DNA from: Octopus sinensis | Taxonomy: Eukaryota | Length of the DNA: 64,000 nucleotides | Direction: 5' to 3' | Assembly: GCF_006345805.1 (NCBI RefSeq) | Contig: NC_043020.1 | Coordinates: 27,838,001 to 27,902,000 of the forward strand | In this document: positions 1 through 14,467 of the stretch, piece after piece | How positions within the stretch are numbered: position 1 is the stretch's first letter | How the letters are laid out: each line of letters opens with the position of its first letter | Position numbers and translations under genes: made by a program | Notes under the pieces: model-generated | Seen by the model: the letters and a program-made list of their open reading frames with translations, nothing else | Told to the model about the DNA's origin: nothing | Databases searched by the model: none

Positions 1-2679
1 CTTGACACCCGAGCAGGTTAGTGAGTATATTAGGTTCTCCGAAGCACATGTGAAGTTGCTTTTCACTGTAAACCGTTGTCCCTGCTTGAAGGAGAACTCT
101 GATCCCTCAATTAGATAGTCGCATATCCCGCAATTGGGTCTTCCACATTTTTTTACTGTCGGCTTCTGTGTTGAGGAGTGAATTCGGGCTTGTGTAAGGA
201 GACTTTTCATGGATCTAGGCTGTCTTTTGCTTTTTATGATCGTGTGTGTTTGGAGGATTGTGTTCATTCTGTGGTCTTTTTTTAGGAGGGGTATGTTGTG
301 GAGGATGGTGTCGAAGGCTTCGTTATTGAGAGGGTTTTGTGTGTGGAGATGTATGGTAAGGCTTTTGGTTGTAAGTTTTTCTTTGATTTGGGATGTCTCA
401 GTTCCTTGATGTTAAGTTGAAGGGCACGTTGAATGCACTTGTCAATAAGTGAAGGTGGATAGTTCCTGGTGATTAGGGTATCTTTTAGTTCTTGTAGTCG
501 TGTGTCTCTGGTGTTTGCGTTAGAGACTATAGTGCATATCCTTTTTGCTAGATTGAAGGGGATATTCATCCTGGTGTGTCTGGGGTGGCATGAATTGAAT
601 GGAAGATATTGCTTAGAGTCTGTAGGCTTATAGTATATGTCTGTTTCTATTATATTATTAGCTTTCTTAATGAGGATATCGAGGAAGGGGAGTTGTTGTT
701 GGCTATATTCCATCGTGAATTGGATGTTTACGTCCAGTCCGTTTAAAATTTTCTGGAATTCTATGAGTTTTTCTATATTTTTATGCCAAAGGATGAAACA
801 GTCATCTAGATATCTCTTCCAGTTGTTTTCTATGTAGATGGAGAAAGGGCTGCCATATCTTTCTAGAACCTTACGATACAGACTGATCTCTAGGTATCCT
901 ATGACTAGTTTGGCAAAGGAGGGGGCCATTCGTGTACCCATCACAGTCCCCGATTTTTGTCGGTAGAAGTTGTCATTGAAGGCGAAGAAGTTATTTTCCA
1001 GATGAAATTTGACCCCTTCTATCACAAATTCTTTTTTGATGCGGTGTGTTAGTTCGTTGGCGTGATTCTCTAGCCAGAATTGGATTGCCTCTAGTCCTAG
1101 GTTGTGGGGAATATTGGAGTAGAGGTTGACTACATCGAAGGATACCAGTATGGTGTTTTTGTTTATAGTATTCGGTAGGTGATTGAGCATATCTAAGTCG
1201 TCCCTTATATAACTTTTGACATGTTTGAGGAGTGGTTTTAACAGGGTGTCTAAAAAGTTACTGAGGCGGTGGGTTTCGCATGCGGGACCTGCTATTATGG
1301 GTCTCAATTTGAGGTCATTAGGATTAGGGACTTTAATTATTTTGTCTGTAGCTATCTTGCATGCGTTGCTTATTTTTTCACTTTTGTGGATCTTAGGTAT
1401 ACCGTAGAATTGGCTAGTTTTACTTGTGAAATTGGTCATATAATCATATTCTTTGTCGGTGAGCCCTGCTTTGTATGGTTTAATATAGATTTTAGTTCCC
1501 TCATTATTTTTTGTTGACTGTAGTTTTGTGCCTTTTCATAGTATGTTGTGTCTTCCAGCATAGAAAGTACCAAAGTTATGTAAAATGTCGTGTCCATTAG
1601 ACAACAGCACTCCCTTTATCGGCCTCTTTGATTATTATGTTTTATCTAGTTTTACTTTGTTCAACTCAGCCCATTCTTTTTGCTTAAGTTTGGTTTTGGT
1701 TTGTTTGTTTGTGCATGTTGATATGGGTAATTTGATATGTGGTCACAGAAATCATCAAGTGTTTTATTCTTACCTTCGAGGGGGTGTAGTTACTCCTATT
1801 TCTGGCTAACGATTCGTCCTCGTTGTATTATCGTATAGCTCCTCAGTAAGTCTTAATTTTCTGCAGAATTCTGCGATGTCTTCTTTCATTTCATTGTAGT
1901 TGGGGTGTTGTGGGGTGGGTGTAAACTTGAGTCCTTTGGAAAGTATGTTTATTTGGTTTGCTGTTAGTTCCTTGTGAGTTAGATTAATAATTTTTATTAC
2001 TTTTGGTTCCTCCTGCTTGTTTGGTGCTATCTTGTGTCTCTGTTTTGCGTATTGGGTCTAAAAAATGAATGCGGTGGTTGGGACGGTAGCTAGTATATAG
2101 TTGTTCTTTGTTGATTAGGGGTCTCCTGTTGTGATTTATGGTGTGTGTTCTTGGAGCAGTATTGAGGAGAGCATCCCGATATCCCATATTCGGGTGTGGT
2201 GTTCTAGGAGGCCTTCGTTGGTAATCATTGCAAGTGGTGTGGGTTTTTGTGCATGGTTGTTTAACCGGTTAATGGGACGAAGATTCGTTGGTAACTCCTT
2301 TGGGTGGGGATGAGGTTGCAGTGTCTATGCTGTGGGTGTTGATTTCCTTTCTCTGCTTGAAGTGGCGGTATTCCTGATATTGTATCGCTGGCTGCTTACA
2401 GAGTTAGGGTTAGGTCCTGTATTCTTTTTTGATAGTAGTGAAGGTTCCGATTTTTAGACAGGTGTGTATCGGTGTTTGGGTGTTGTTTTGGTTTTCTTAT
2501 TTTCTGGAAAGGGTTGTTGGAGGCGTGCTCTGTTTGAAAGACGGCTTCATAGTCTGAGAACCAAGTGGCGCTTTTCTCCCAGCGTTGGAGAGATTTTAGT
2601 TCTTCTTTTTCACAGTCCTCTTTCCATAGTTTGGAGAACTTCTCTTGATCTGGGCCTTGGGTCATTTTGCGAATTTCTT
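1..2679 (-). mobile_element. Penelope-like retroelement (RT + start of GIY-YIG region), frameshifted, runs off the window start
   Basis: ORF 282..1439 has RT motifs LRPII, SFDVVNLYSNI, GTVMGTRMAPSFA, RYLDD and the PLE thumb motif IYYKPTDSKQYL...SCHP. Broken N-terminal ORF pieces extend to about 2665. Confidence 0.92.
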
Positions 2680-5175
<2,496 letters not shown>

Positions 5176-5178
<3 letters not shown>

Positions 5179-5974
5179 GTTTCTAATGATCAGCCATGAT
5201 TTCTATGTTATCAATTTTAGAAAACATGATATTGGTCTCAATAATTTACTTTTGATTTCTTACATTTCAGTGAATGCACCACAATCGATTAATTCTTCCC
5301 AGAACTAAGAACATAAGGAAAAGTGATGATACATTCAAAAAACTTTATTTCGCAAATTCACCGATTCTCTGCACCGACATTTGTCAGTAAACAAATACTT
5401 TCTGGAATTGGATCCTCGGTTTTTGCCACCTTTTAAATACACCAAATGGAATGATTCAACGCGGGATAGATACTATATTCTAAATACCACCACACTGGTA
5501 CATTGAACTGATGCAAAATATAATTAAACAAACAATACAAATTGTATTGCAGACACAGCTTTCAAGGAATTTACTACCATTCTGTATCGTAGCTACACTG
5601 AAATTTTATGAAAAAAATATTATTATACACATCAAGGAAGCGAGTGGAAGTGAACACGCATCTATCAATAACCAATCGGTAACCTCAGTTCTTTCAGCGG
5701 TTTCTAATGGGTGAGTGAAGTCTCGAAATTACTGTAGATAGAAAGACCTGGAAGTTGTGCTGTTAATTTCGGTACTTTACGGAATATAAAAATAATTCCA
5801 GAATCTGTTTTCTCTCTAACTTATTGACACAACCCTGCGCATTCACATTTAGTTCTTTATTCCTATTTCGAAGCAAAGCGAGAACGAAATAACTTACTAA
5901 AGGATTATAACTGACGATGAGACACAAAACATCAATCAAAATCTTATGAAGAATCAATAGAAAGAAACGCAATA
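5176..5974 (+). promoter_or_regulatory. Conserved splice acceptor (AG 5269-5270) and about 700-nt leader of SLC17 copy 1
   Basis: TTTCTTACATTTCAG|TGAATGCACC; the block is homologous upstream of all six CDSs. Confidence 0.7.
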
Positions 5975-7411
5975 ATGTCGAAATTTACCAAGGAAATTAA
6001 GCGTTATTATTCGTGTCGATGGAGATTATGTTATGCCTGTAGTATGGCTTTTCTTCTGATACAAACATTAAGAGTTGATCTAGGTATGGCTTTTGTATGC
6101 ATGTTGAAAACACCGAATCGTACAGCTGAAGGATTAAATTCTACTGCAAGCAACCAGCTTTGTTCTGGTTTGAAGGATCATTCCATCAACCAAACTTTTG
6201 AAGGAGAGTTTGAATGGAGCAACACACTACAATCACATATGTTGGCTGGGTTCTTCTATGGGTATATGGGGGCAGGTTTTGGTGGTGTATTGGCGGACAA
6301 ATATGGTGGGAAAAGGGTTCTGGGAGCTTCACTTCTCTCAGCATCAATTTTGACCATTCTTCACCCAAGTTTATCTCGGATTAGTGGTTACTTTACGCTT
6401 GTTCTAAGGATATTGACAGGAGCAGCATCGGGGCTGTTGCCCCCAGCAATTCAGTCCTTATTTGGACGTTGGGGACCTCCACAAGAGATAAGTTTATTGA
6501 TAGGGTTTGCATATGCAGGTCAAATTCTGGGTAACGTTGTAGGTTTATCAATATCAGGTTACCTCTGTGCTTATGGATTTGATAATGGATGGGGTTCTAT
6601 ATTTTATGTATTTGGTGGATCAACACTATTGTTTTGTTGTGTGTGGTTTTATGTTGTTCACGATAATCCAGAAGTCCATCCTACTATTAGTGAAGAAGAA
6701 CGTTCTTACTTAAACAAAGCTATAAAATGCCAAAACGCAGTTAGAAGGGTGCCGTGGAAACGGTTAATGTTATCACCAGCCGTCTGGGCAGTCAACTTTG
6801 GCTTGTTTGCTTATGCCTGGACGAATGTATCTTTCCAGACATTGCTACCTCTTTATATGAAAGAAACCTTACACGTTAATACAACAGTCAACGGTTTAAT
6901 GTCGTCTGCTCCTTCCATTGGACAAATCATTGCTCTTCCGTTGTGTGGAAGATTTGCAGATTTTTTACGCTCGAACAGATATCTCTCGACTCGAGCTGTA
7001 CGAATTTTATTCCAGACTTTTTCTATGGTGGCTTCAGCAAGTTTGTTGATCGTCATAGGATTTCTCAGATGTGACAAATCCATTCTAATAACTCTCCTTT
7101 TGTTTCTCAGTGGTATAACTCTATCATTTTCCAGTGGTGGAGTTCTCGTCAACAATAATGACTTTGCTCCAAGTTACGCCGGTGTTGTATTTGGAATCTG
7201 TAGCTTCTTTGGCGCAATAGCAGGCAGCCTTTGTTCCGTGGCTGCAAAAGCTCTCACCCCAAACGGTACACAAGAAGAATGGCAGATCGTGTTTGCCTTA
7301 TGTGCTGCTATATGTGTGTCTGGTGCAATATTATTTGCAATATTAGTAAAAACTGAGACGCAAGTTTGGGCGAGATGGGAAGAACCTAAAACAGAAATAG
7401 AAATGAAATAA
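5975..7411 (+). CDS. SLC17/sialin-like MFS anion transporter, paralogue 1 (478 aa)
   Basis: RVDLGMAFVCM, WSNTLQSHMLAGFFYGY, LADKYGGKRV, GWGSIFYVFG, HPTISEEERSY, VPWK, APSYAG, EWQIVF and Q-x-WA motifs of SLC17; about 12 hydrophobic segments. Confidence 0.93.
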   Translation: MSKFTKEIKRYYSCRWRLCYACSMAFLLIQTLRVDLGMAFVCMLKTPNRTAEGLNSTASNQLCSGLKDHSINQTFEGEFEWSNTLQSHMLAGFFYGYMGAGFGGVLADKYGGKRVLGASLLSASILTILHPSLSRISGYFTLVLRILTGAASGLLPPAIQSLFGRWGPPQEISLLIGFAYAGQILGNVVGLSISGYLCAYGFDNGWGSIFYVFGGSTLLFCCVWFYVVHDNPEVHPTISEEERSYLNKAIKCQNAVRRVPWKRLMLSPAVWAVNFGLFAYAWTNVSFQTLLPLYMKETLHVNTTVNGLMSSAPSIGQIIALPLCGRFADFLRSNRYLSTRAVRILFQTFSMVASASLLIVIGFLRCDKSILITLLLFLSGITLSFSSGGVLVNNNDFAPSYAGVVFGICSFFGAIAGSLCSVAAKALTPNGTQEEWQIVFALCAAICVSGAILFAILVKTETQVWARWEEPKTEIEMK

Positions 7412-7623
7412 CCGACCTAGGTTCCTGAGATTTTTTTTGCCGGTTGGCAATTTCTTTCTAATATATGAAGATATGCATAGCAATTTATATGTATGTATGT
7501 ATGGATGGATGGATATATATATATATAAGGTAAGTATGTATGTATCTATGTATGTTCGTATGTATGTCTGAATAGAGCAATATATACACATATATATATA
7601 AATATGTGTGTGTGTGTGTGTGT

Positions 7624-7689
<66 letters not shown>

Positions 7690-7690
<1 letters not shown>

Positions 7691-8760
7691 CCGGTTACTA
7701 TTTGGATTACGAATAGGCCTGGATTACCTAGAGGCCGGAGGATTTGCGTCTGCTGTGTTTTTTGAACTTTTGAACTGTTTTCTTTCTTTCTTCCATCATT
7801 TTGTGACTTTCTTTTTTTCTTGAACTGTTTTCTGTCGTTTTTTATCCTTCTTTCTTTTTGTACTTTTTGCCCTGAACTGTTTGGACCTTCTGTTGAACTT
7901 TTTCTTACAAGAAACATTGACGAAGAAACAGGACACTGCTTTGGAGTGGGAGATTTCCCACCCGAGGAGTGGATGAAGGATTTGGAAGAGAGGACGGTGG
8001 TGTTGAGAACATACTCCAAATCGCTCGACTCCATCGTCTTCTTCCAAAAAATCGACCAAAAGTACAGCGAGAGTTGGCGAAGTATACGCCAACTATAGAA
8101 TTTATTTCCAGGAGTGGCAAATATGCGACGGTGTGGTTGCTATTTGACACCCCTGAAGAGGATCGCAATTTTGCGAGTCAGCCCTTAGAGGGCGAGGAAA
8201 TATTGTTTCTTCCCACGTATTGTGGGAAGAAGTTGACAAGGGCTTGGGTCTGTGGTTTGCCACCCGGAATAGAACCCGAGTGGATTGAACACACTATCCG
8301 CCGGGGCCTGGATGGCAGCGGAGCCAAGCTCCTCAATGTAAAAATTTTGCCTGCGGTTTATTGGGTGGGGTCAAAAGCGGTTTTGACCCTGTGGACCCAA
8401 TCAACCAAGAATCTGGTATTCCCGGATTTTTTAATGGCTGGTTCTAGATATCCGGTGATTCTTGAGGGTCGCCCTCCCACTCCAGGTGTCATCAGTGCCT
8501 GGAGCCTGGCCATATAAAGAAAAACTGTCCCCAGGAACAAAGTAAGGTCCTGATGGACCTCTGTAGAAAGGGGTACGAAGGCGGCTGAGGAGGCAGAGGA
8601 CTCCACAAAGAAGGGCTGCAAATAGGATTTGGCTCCTTGCCATACTTCCCATAAGAGTCATGATTGAGTATTGGAGGATATCTACGACTTCCTCTGCTCT
8701 AATTTCTGCCATCCTGATTCCTCCGATTCTAATTCCGCTAAACGTGTGGAGGGAATGCTA
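7690..8760 (+). mobile_element. 5' fragment of a LINE (L1/Tx1-like ORF1 with CCHC zinc knuckle), frameshifted
   Basis: ORF pieces 7820-8517 (VCGLPPGI, ILEGRPP), followed after a frameshift by RCHQCLEPGHIKKNCP at about 8484-8531. Begins directly after a (TG)n tract. Confidence 0.7.
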
Positions 8761-8789
8761 AGAAAGACACCGACCATACTACCTACAGC

Positions 8790-8990
8790 ACCAAGGCCGA
8801 GCTGGTGACCAAGATCAATGAGATGTTTGAAGATCTTCCTAAAGACACAGTGAGGAACGCATACACCATGTTCCAGAACTCTGTTGAGGCTGTTACGAAA
8901 GCTGAGAACGGATAACTTTAAATAAAAGTCATTATCTAGTTGATATTTTTTGTTTAAATTACTGTTATTTTTGGATTGGATATTGTATTT
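8790..8990 (+). mobile_element. Tc1/mariner transposase C-terminal remnant
   Basis: Translates as ELVTKINEMFEDLPKDTVRNAYTMFQNSVEAVTKAENG. A homologous piece lies at about 17862-18100. Confidence 0.55.
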
Positions 8991-9014
8991 TCTTGTCCCT
9001 TTATGCGCATGTGC

Positions 9015-9270
9015 TAGTCAATATACATAATGCCTTATCTAATTAGGTACTTTTATGATTTAGGCTGAATGAAAGTAATGTAACAGACGACTGACGCCCC
9101 AGTATAATTATACGTATAATTTATTCCTTTACACGTGTTCACACTCTCAGAGACTCGCAGTGTTGAATATTTTTAGATTAGAAGTAACTTCAGGATCATA
9201 TATTACTTGACACTATAGATTTATTACAGGCGCAGGTAAGTAAAGAAAAGACGAACAAACCCACACGCAC
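9015..9270 (+). promoter_or_regulatory. Internally deleted upstream block / exon-1 remnant of SLC17 copy 2 with donor CAG|GTAAGT (GT at 9236)
   Basis: Starts with the conserved ATAATGCCTTATCTAATTAGG and ends GTAAGTAAAGAAAAGA like copies 3-5, but lacks about 265 bp in between. Confidence 0.62.
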
Positions 9271-9311
9271 ACTGAAACAATAATAGTAATTAGTATTATT
9301 ATTATTATTAA

Positions 9312-9374
<63 letters not shown>

Positions 9375-9495
9375 GTTTTTTCCTTCTTTCTTCAAATTTT
9401 CTTCCGTTTCTCGCCGAGTGTTTCCATACATTGTGTGTGCATGTATGTATGTATGTATGTATGTATGTATGTATGTATGTGTATTCGTATGTATG

Positions 9496-9527
<32 letters not shown>

Positions 9528-9729
9528 ATTTTGAATTTAGTTCACGGACCCCTAATACTACCTTTGCGGGCCACCAGGGTTCCGCAAACCCTAGGTTGGG
9601 AACCACTGTGCTAAAGCATTAATCACGTGGCTGGTCATGTGAATGGTGGATCATGGTTTGTATATTTGAAGAAACATCGATTATGCCCCTAGGTCTCTAA
9701 ACGTGCCTCTGCATTGAACTTCGTAAAAG

Positions 9730-10020
9730 AACTTTGTTATATGATTGTCACCCAGTCTTAATACTAAACGAAAGACCTGAACTAATGTCAACTTACCGCC
9801 ATAGACGAAATGTCTTGCTTATCAAGATCATAGCAGAGTTGCCCCTAAATACTTTAGGAAAAAATCCGATATCCCCAATAACACATCACCAATCTAATAG
9901 ATTTTGCACACTTCTGACTCGTTTTACGCATGAATGAGAAGAGTTCGGAGGGAAACATAAATATCGACACGGTAAAGACCCTAATTTACTGAATCTTTAT
10001 TATTTTCCCATGTTTACCCC
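9730..10020 (+). mobile_element. 3' end remnant of a Penelope-like element
   Basis: ILNERPELMSTYRHRRNVLL resembles the LN(K)R.EL.S.CRH C-terminus of PLE ORFs. Confidence 0.55.
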
Positions 10021-10330
10021 TACATGATATGTGGCCGATGGTAACCGATGTCATGGCTGCCTGTATCATTTAGTAGTAACTGTCTTCATTTCAATCCGTT
10101 GAAAATGTATAATTCACTAATTGAGCAAATTAATTAGGACTTGAGTGGTAATCGCCACTAATATATTTACAACAGTTTTCTAAATGTATTCGGTTCTCTT
10201 CCTTAAAATTCTTTCGTTCCATAAACGCAGAACAGGTCGTTAATACAGCGTGTGTTTGAGTAGCTATATACGAATTGTGTATTACTGTTATGATAACAGT
10301 GTTATGTTTCTGTAGTGTGTGTGTGAGATA

Positions 10331-10374
<44 letters not shown>

Positions 10375-11200
10375 CTATATACGAATTAATGACACATATT
10401 ACTGTTAAACGTATGATTTAGTAGTTTTGTTGTAACGTTACACGCTATGTGTGTGTGTGTGTGTGTGGTCGCTCTTAGCTTTACGTTGTCTTATCAGACC
10501 CCAAAACCTGTTGGCACATGGCCTCTGTGACAAGCGGCCTCTCTAGAAAATGTGGGCGGAAAAGTCTTCGTTACTCTGTCGATAACAAGGGATTATCTCC
10601 TTTTGGCTGTTATTCGTAATCAGCATTGGTGTCGTGTGGGTCCCATGATGCCAACAGGAATTTTCTGAATGCAAAGTCCGAAAACATCTATTCCAGAGTT
10701 AAAGATGTCCCCCGGTTCGAGGGAGCCCTTTAATATCCTCGCCGGTTTACAACGCTTGGTCCCGTTTATGTAGGGGCCAGGATTACCTTGGATTCAACTA
10801 CTGCGTTCATCTCTTAGAGAGATTTTAGAACTAGCATTGTTGCTTGCTGCAAAATCGGCGACTGTGTGGCTCCTTGAAATATATACATTGCGAGCAGAAG
10901 CGGGCTACTGCCATCTCTACCAGACGAGGTGTCCGGTACCGAAGAGTGGCAGAAATATCCCGAAACCAGGACAGGTCTTCTAGTCCCGTCGCTAGAAGTT
11001 GGCATGGGTGCGGGGTCAAAATGAGGAGTTTTTATTGCATGTTTGACTTTGGGACGGAATAAATGTTTTACAAATGTTCCCTACCTTACAAAACCTACAT
11101 CAGCCAAGCAGATGGCCTTCCCTTAATGCATTAAAAGCATTATAACAAAATCTGATCACTATTTCAGAACATTATCGCAGTTCATTAAACAATATACATT

Positions 11201-11294
<94 letters not shown>

Positions 11295-11297
<3 letters not shown>

Positions 11298-12480
11298 CCC
11301 AACTGCGGAATCTGTGTCATCTTGAAAGAAGGATCAGAATTTATACTGGAACAAGGCCACCAGTTCACCATTAGAACAAACTTCACCTGCGCATCAGAAA
11401 ACTTAATTTACGTCATAACATGCGCAGGCTGCAATAGGCAGTATATAGGCCATACAAAAAATAGCTTACGTAACAGGATGGCGGTGCATAAATTACAAAT
11501 TAAAAACCCTGATTACCGCAAAATACCGGTCAGCGGACACATAGATAGATGTGCTGGAAATGTAAATCCGAAATTTACAACTAACCCGCTCTATAAATTC
11601 AGTGACAACGCAACCTTCACACAACGCCAAAACAAAGAACTATATTTCATAAAAAAATTTAGACCAAGTTTAAACACCCTGGGCCAGGAATACTAAAACA
11701 AAAGATAAGTCCTCCGAAAGGGAGAAGCGGGGTTCCACCACGGCCGCTGCTCCAAACAGACACTCACTCTGACGGAAATATGCCTTAGTAAAAAAGGAAA
11801 AAAATTCTTTCGTGCAAATCTGACCCTGATACATACGATACAGCTAAGGGTCAGACCCGATTCTGATTGGTCAACAAGTTGATGACGTCTAGCTCTGCTA
11901 GAATGGACAGGATACAAACAGGGGACAGTCATTAGTCAGAATATTGATGACGTCCTTTTCTGCTTGAATAGTCACCTAACAAGTACAGACAGGGGGCAGA
12001 TCTAATGTAGCTATAAGTCGTGATTGGGCAGAATCTGGATGACGTCCCGCTCTGCTTGACTAACGAAGCGACTGGTCAAAACAGGAGACAAACAAGAGGC
12101 AGATATAATGCAGCGATTGGTCAAAATAATGATGACGTCCGTTCTACTTGACTAACGAAGCGACTGGTCAAAACAGGAAACAAACAAGAGGGAGTTATAA
12201 TGCAACGATTGGTCAAAATAATGATGACGTCCCGTTCTACTTGATTAAAGCCACCTAACGAAACGATTGGTCAAACATTGATGACGTCACGCTACGCTAG
12301 ATTGACCACCTAACAGGCATTATAAAACCGAGCATTTCACAAAAACTCACTAGAACCACCCAGCGAACTTCCACCATGGGTCATCACAATTGCTTAAGGT
12401 AAAAATGAATTCCTCGCTCTTTCGGAAACATCAATCTTCTGTATTGACCGCTTTCCACCACTTTGATCTGTTTTTTGTAT
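11295..12480 (+). mobile_element. 5'-truncated Penelope-like element: GIY-YIG endonuclease end plus repetitive 3' region
   Basis: ORF to 11696: RPNCGIC, NLIYVITCAGCNRQYIGHT, KELYFIKKFRPSLN. Inserted in (TA)n. The 3' boundary is approximate. Confidence 0.85.
11860..12404 (+). promoter_or_regulatory. Promoter-like array: repeated ATTGG + TGACGTC units, TATAAAA at 12321, donor-like AAG|GTAAAA at 12399
   Basis: Six TGACGTC and five ATTGG motifs in imperfect repeats, ending at a TATA box. Confidence 0.5.
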
Positions 12481-13128
12481 TGAATACGTATCGCCACCGT
12501 GGGCCACTGCATCGAACACTTTGAACATATACTTCAAACTATATATCAACTATACATGAACTATATATCAACTATATGCTATTTACTCTCTTCCAAGAAC
12601 ATTTTCACTCACTCTATCTCTTACCTTCCTATACATTTTACTCATGTATCTCTCAGCGTTCATGGACAGTAACAAATATTACTCGCCATCCCCATCGCCA
12701 TCGCATTCTATTGTCTACCTGTCAACACACACACACACACATATATATTCATATATCTAATATTATATTTTTATTTTTATGTTTTGGTTTTTGGTTTTTT
12801 ACTGTTTCATTTCCCTATTAGTGGTTTTATCTCAAATTTAATTTCTACAGCGTGCACACACACACACACACACACACACCTATATGTAGCCCCAGTACAC
12901 CCGAATGAAATCGGGTTCTCTTCATCAAAATGTGAAAAGGGGTCTACAATTATCATCGCCACAACTTATGTATGTCTTCCTCACTCACTCACTCTTTTTC
13001 CTAATGATAATTATCATCGCCACCACCAACACCACCAACACACAATCTGGACAATCTTTCTCTTATAACAAATCATGTTTACATTGCAACGACGTCTGTC
13101 ACCTCCGCCGTCTCTATTTATTCTGCAA

Positions 13129-13322
13129 ATGACCAGAACTCGGGAAACTTAGTTTAGTGTTCTATGGTCTATGACCAGAACTCGGGAAACTTGGTTGAGT
13201 GTTCTATGGTCTATGACCAGAACTCGGGAAACTTGCTTGACTGTTCTATGGTCTATGACCAGAAATCGGGAAACTTGGTTGAGTGTTCTATGGTCTATGA
13301 CCAGAACTTGGGAAACTTGGTT
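13129..13322. repeat. 42-bp minisatellite, about 4.6 copies
   Basis: ATGACCAGAACTCGGGAAACTTGGTTGAGTGTTCTATGGTCT at 13129, 13171, 13213, 13255 and 13297. Confidence 0.92.
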
Positions 13323-14013
13323 GTGTCCTCATCTTATAAAATGTGGCCCCAGTAGACCCAAATTAAATCGGGTTATATTAACCAAAAGGTGAAAAGGGGT
13401 ATAAATGGGGCTGGAAGGGGATTAAAATTTAAAGGAGCGGGTGTTTAGCAATTCTCTGTTACATCAAGCTAAAAAATTTGCTCCAGCCTTTTAATCGTCA
13501 ATGTGTTGCCGTCCATGATGAAGAAGTTTTGAATGCTTGCCATCGTGAGTCTACTGTCGTGAGAAAGAATCAAGTCAAAACTTGGTTTTTAGGGATTTTC
13601 TTTTACATCAAGTTCAAACTTTTACGCCAGCCGTTGAACTGTCAATACGTTGCTGTCCGTCGTTAAGAAATGCCAGCCATGGTGACTCTACTATCCTCAA
13701 ATTCTATCCCTTCAAACTTTGGTTTCCAATATTTTATATTTTTATTCAGCTCGCAAGTTCGTCTGTCCCTTTTAAATGTTAGTGTTTTGCTGTCTGTCTT
13801 GAAGCAGACCTTTCCTTTGTAACTGTCTGATATTTATGATTGATCTTTCTAAATATTTTATTTCTCAACTTACTCAAGATCTTTTGTTGTTTATAAATGG
13901 GAGAGAGATACATAAAGATAGAGAGTAAGAGAAAGCGAGGGAGAGTCCGAGAGAAAGGAAGAGTAAGAAAGTGGGAAAGTGAGAGAGAAAGGAGAAAGAA
14001 ACAAAGAGGGAGA

Positions 14014-14335
14014 ATCATCATCATCATCATCATCATCATCGTTTAACGTCCGTTTTCCGTGCTAGCACGGGTTGGACTGTTTGACAGGGGTCTGGGAAGC
14101 CAGGAGGCTGCACCAGGCTCCAGTCTGATCTGGCAGTGTTTCGACAGGTGGATGCCCTTCCTAACGCCAACCACTCTGTGAGCGTAGTGGGTGCTTTTTT
14201 CGTGCCGCCTGCACAGGTGCCAGGGGGGCTGGCAGCGGCCACGACCGGTTGGTGCTTTTTACGTGCCACCAGCACAGAAGCCAGTCAAGGCGGCGCTGCA
14301 ATCCGCCACGTTCGATGGTGCTTTTTACGTGCTGA
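14014..14335 (-). mobile_element. SINE/LINE 3' end with (ATG)n tail
   Basis: GC-richer block containing GGTTGGCGTTAGGAAGGGCATCC on the minus strand and ending in an (ATG)n tail. Confidence 0.55.
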
Positions 14336-14400
14336 AAGGAAGCAACAGAAAGTAACAACCACACTCTTACCCGCGCGTAGAGCGGGTCACCTTCAGCTAG

Positions 14401-14463
<63 letters not shown>

Positions 14464-14467
<4 letters not shown>

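Noticed and set aside
5274-5390. Second uORF starting at the ATG 3 nt after the acceptor (MHHNRLI..., 38 aa in copy 1, 43 aa in copy 5)
   Set aside because: Length varies from 4 to 43 codons with a frameshift in copy 3; the ATG is explained by the Glu-Cys codons of the spliced uORF.
5705-5720. Donor-like GG|GTGAGT in the copy-1 leader
   Set aside because: Not conserved at the homologous position in the other paralogues.
6853-7155. Recurrent antisense ORFs inside the SLC17 CDSs (also 16044, 21650, 40105, 53576)
   Set aside because: Shadow frames of conserved hydrophobic coding sequence; lengths vary and they use non-ATG starts.
13164-13392. Repetitive ORFs MVYDQNSGNLVECS...
   Set aside because: Produced by a 42-bp minisatellite whose period is a multiple of three; no other gene features.
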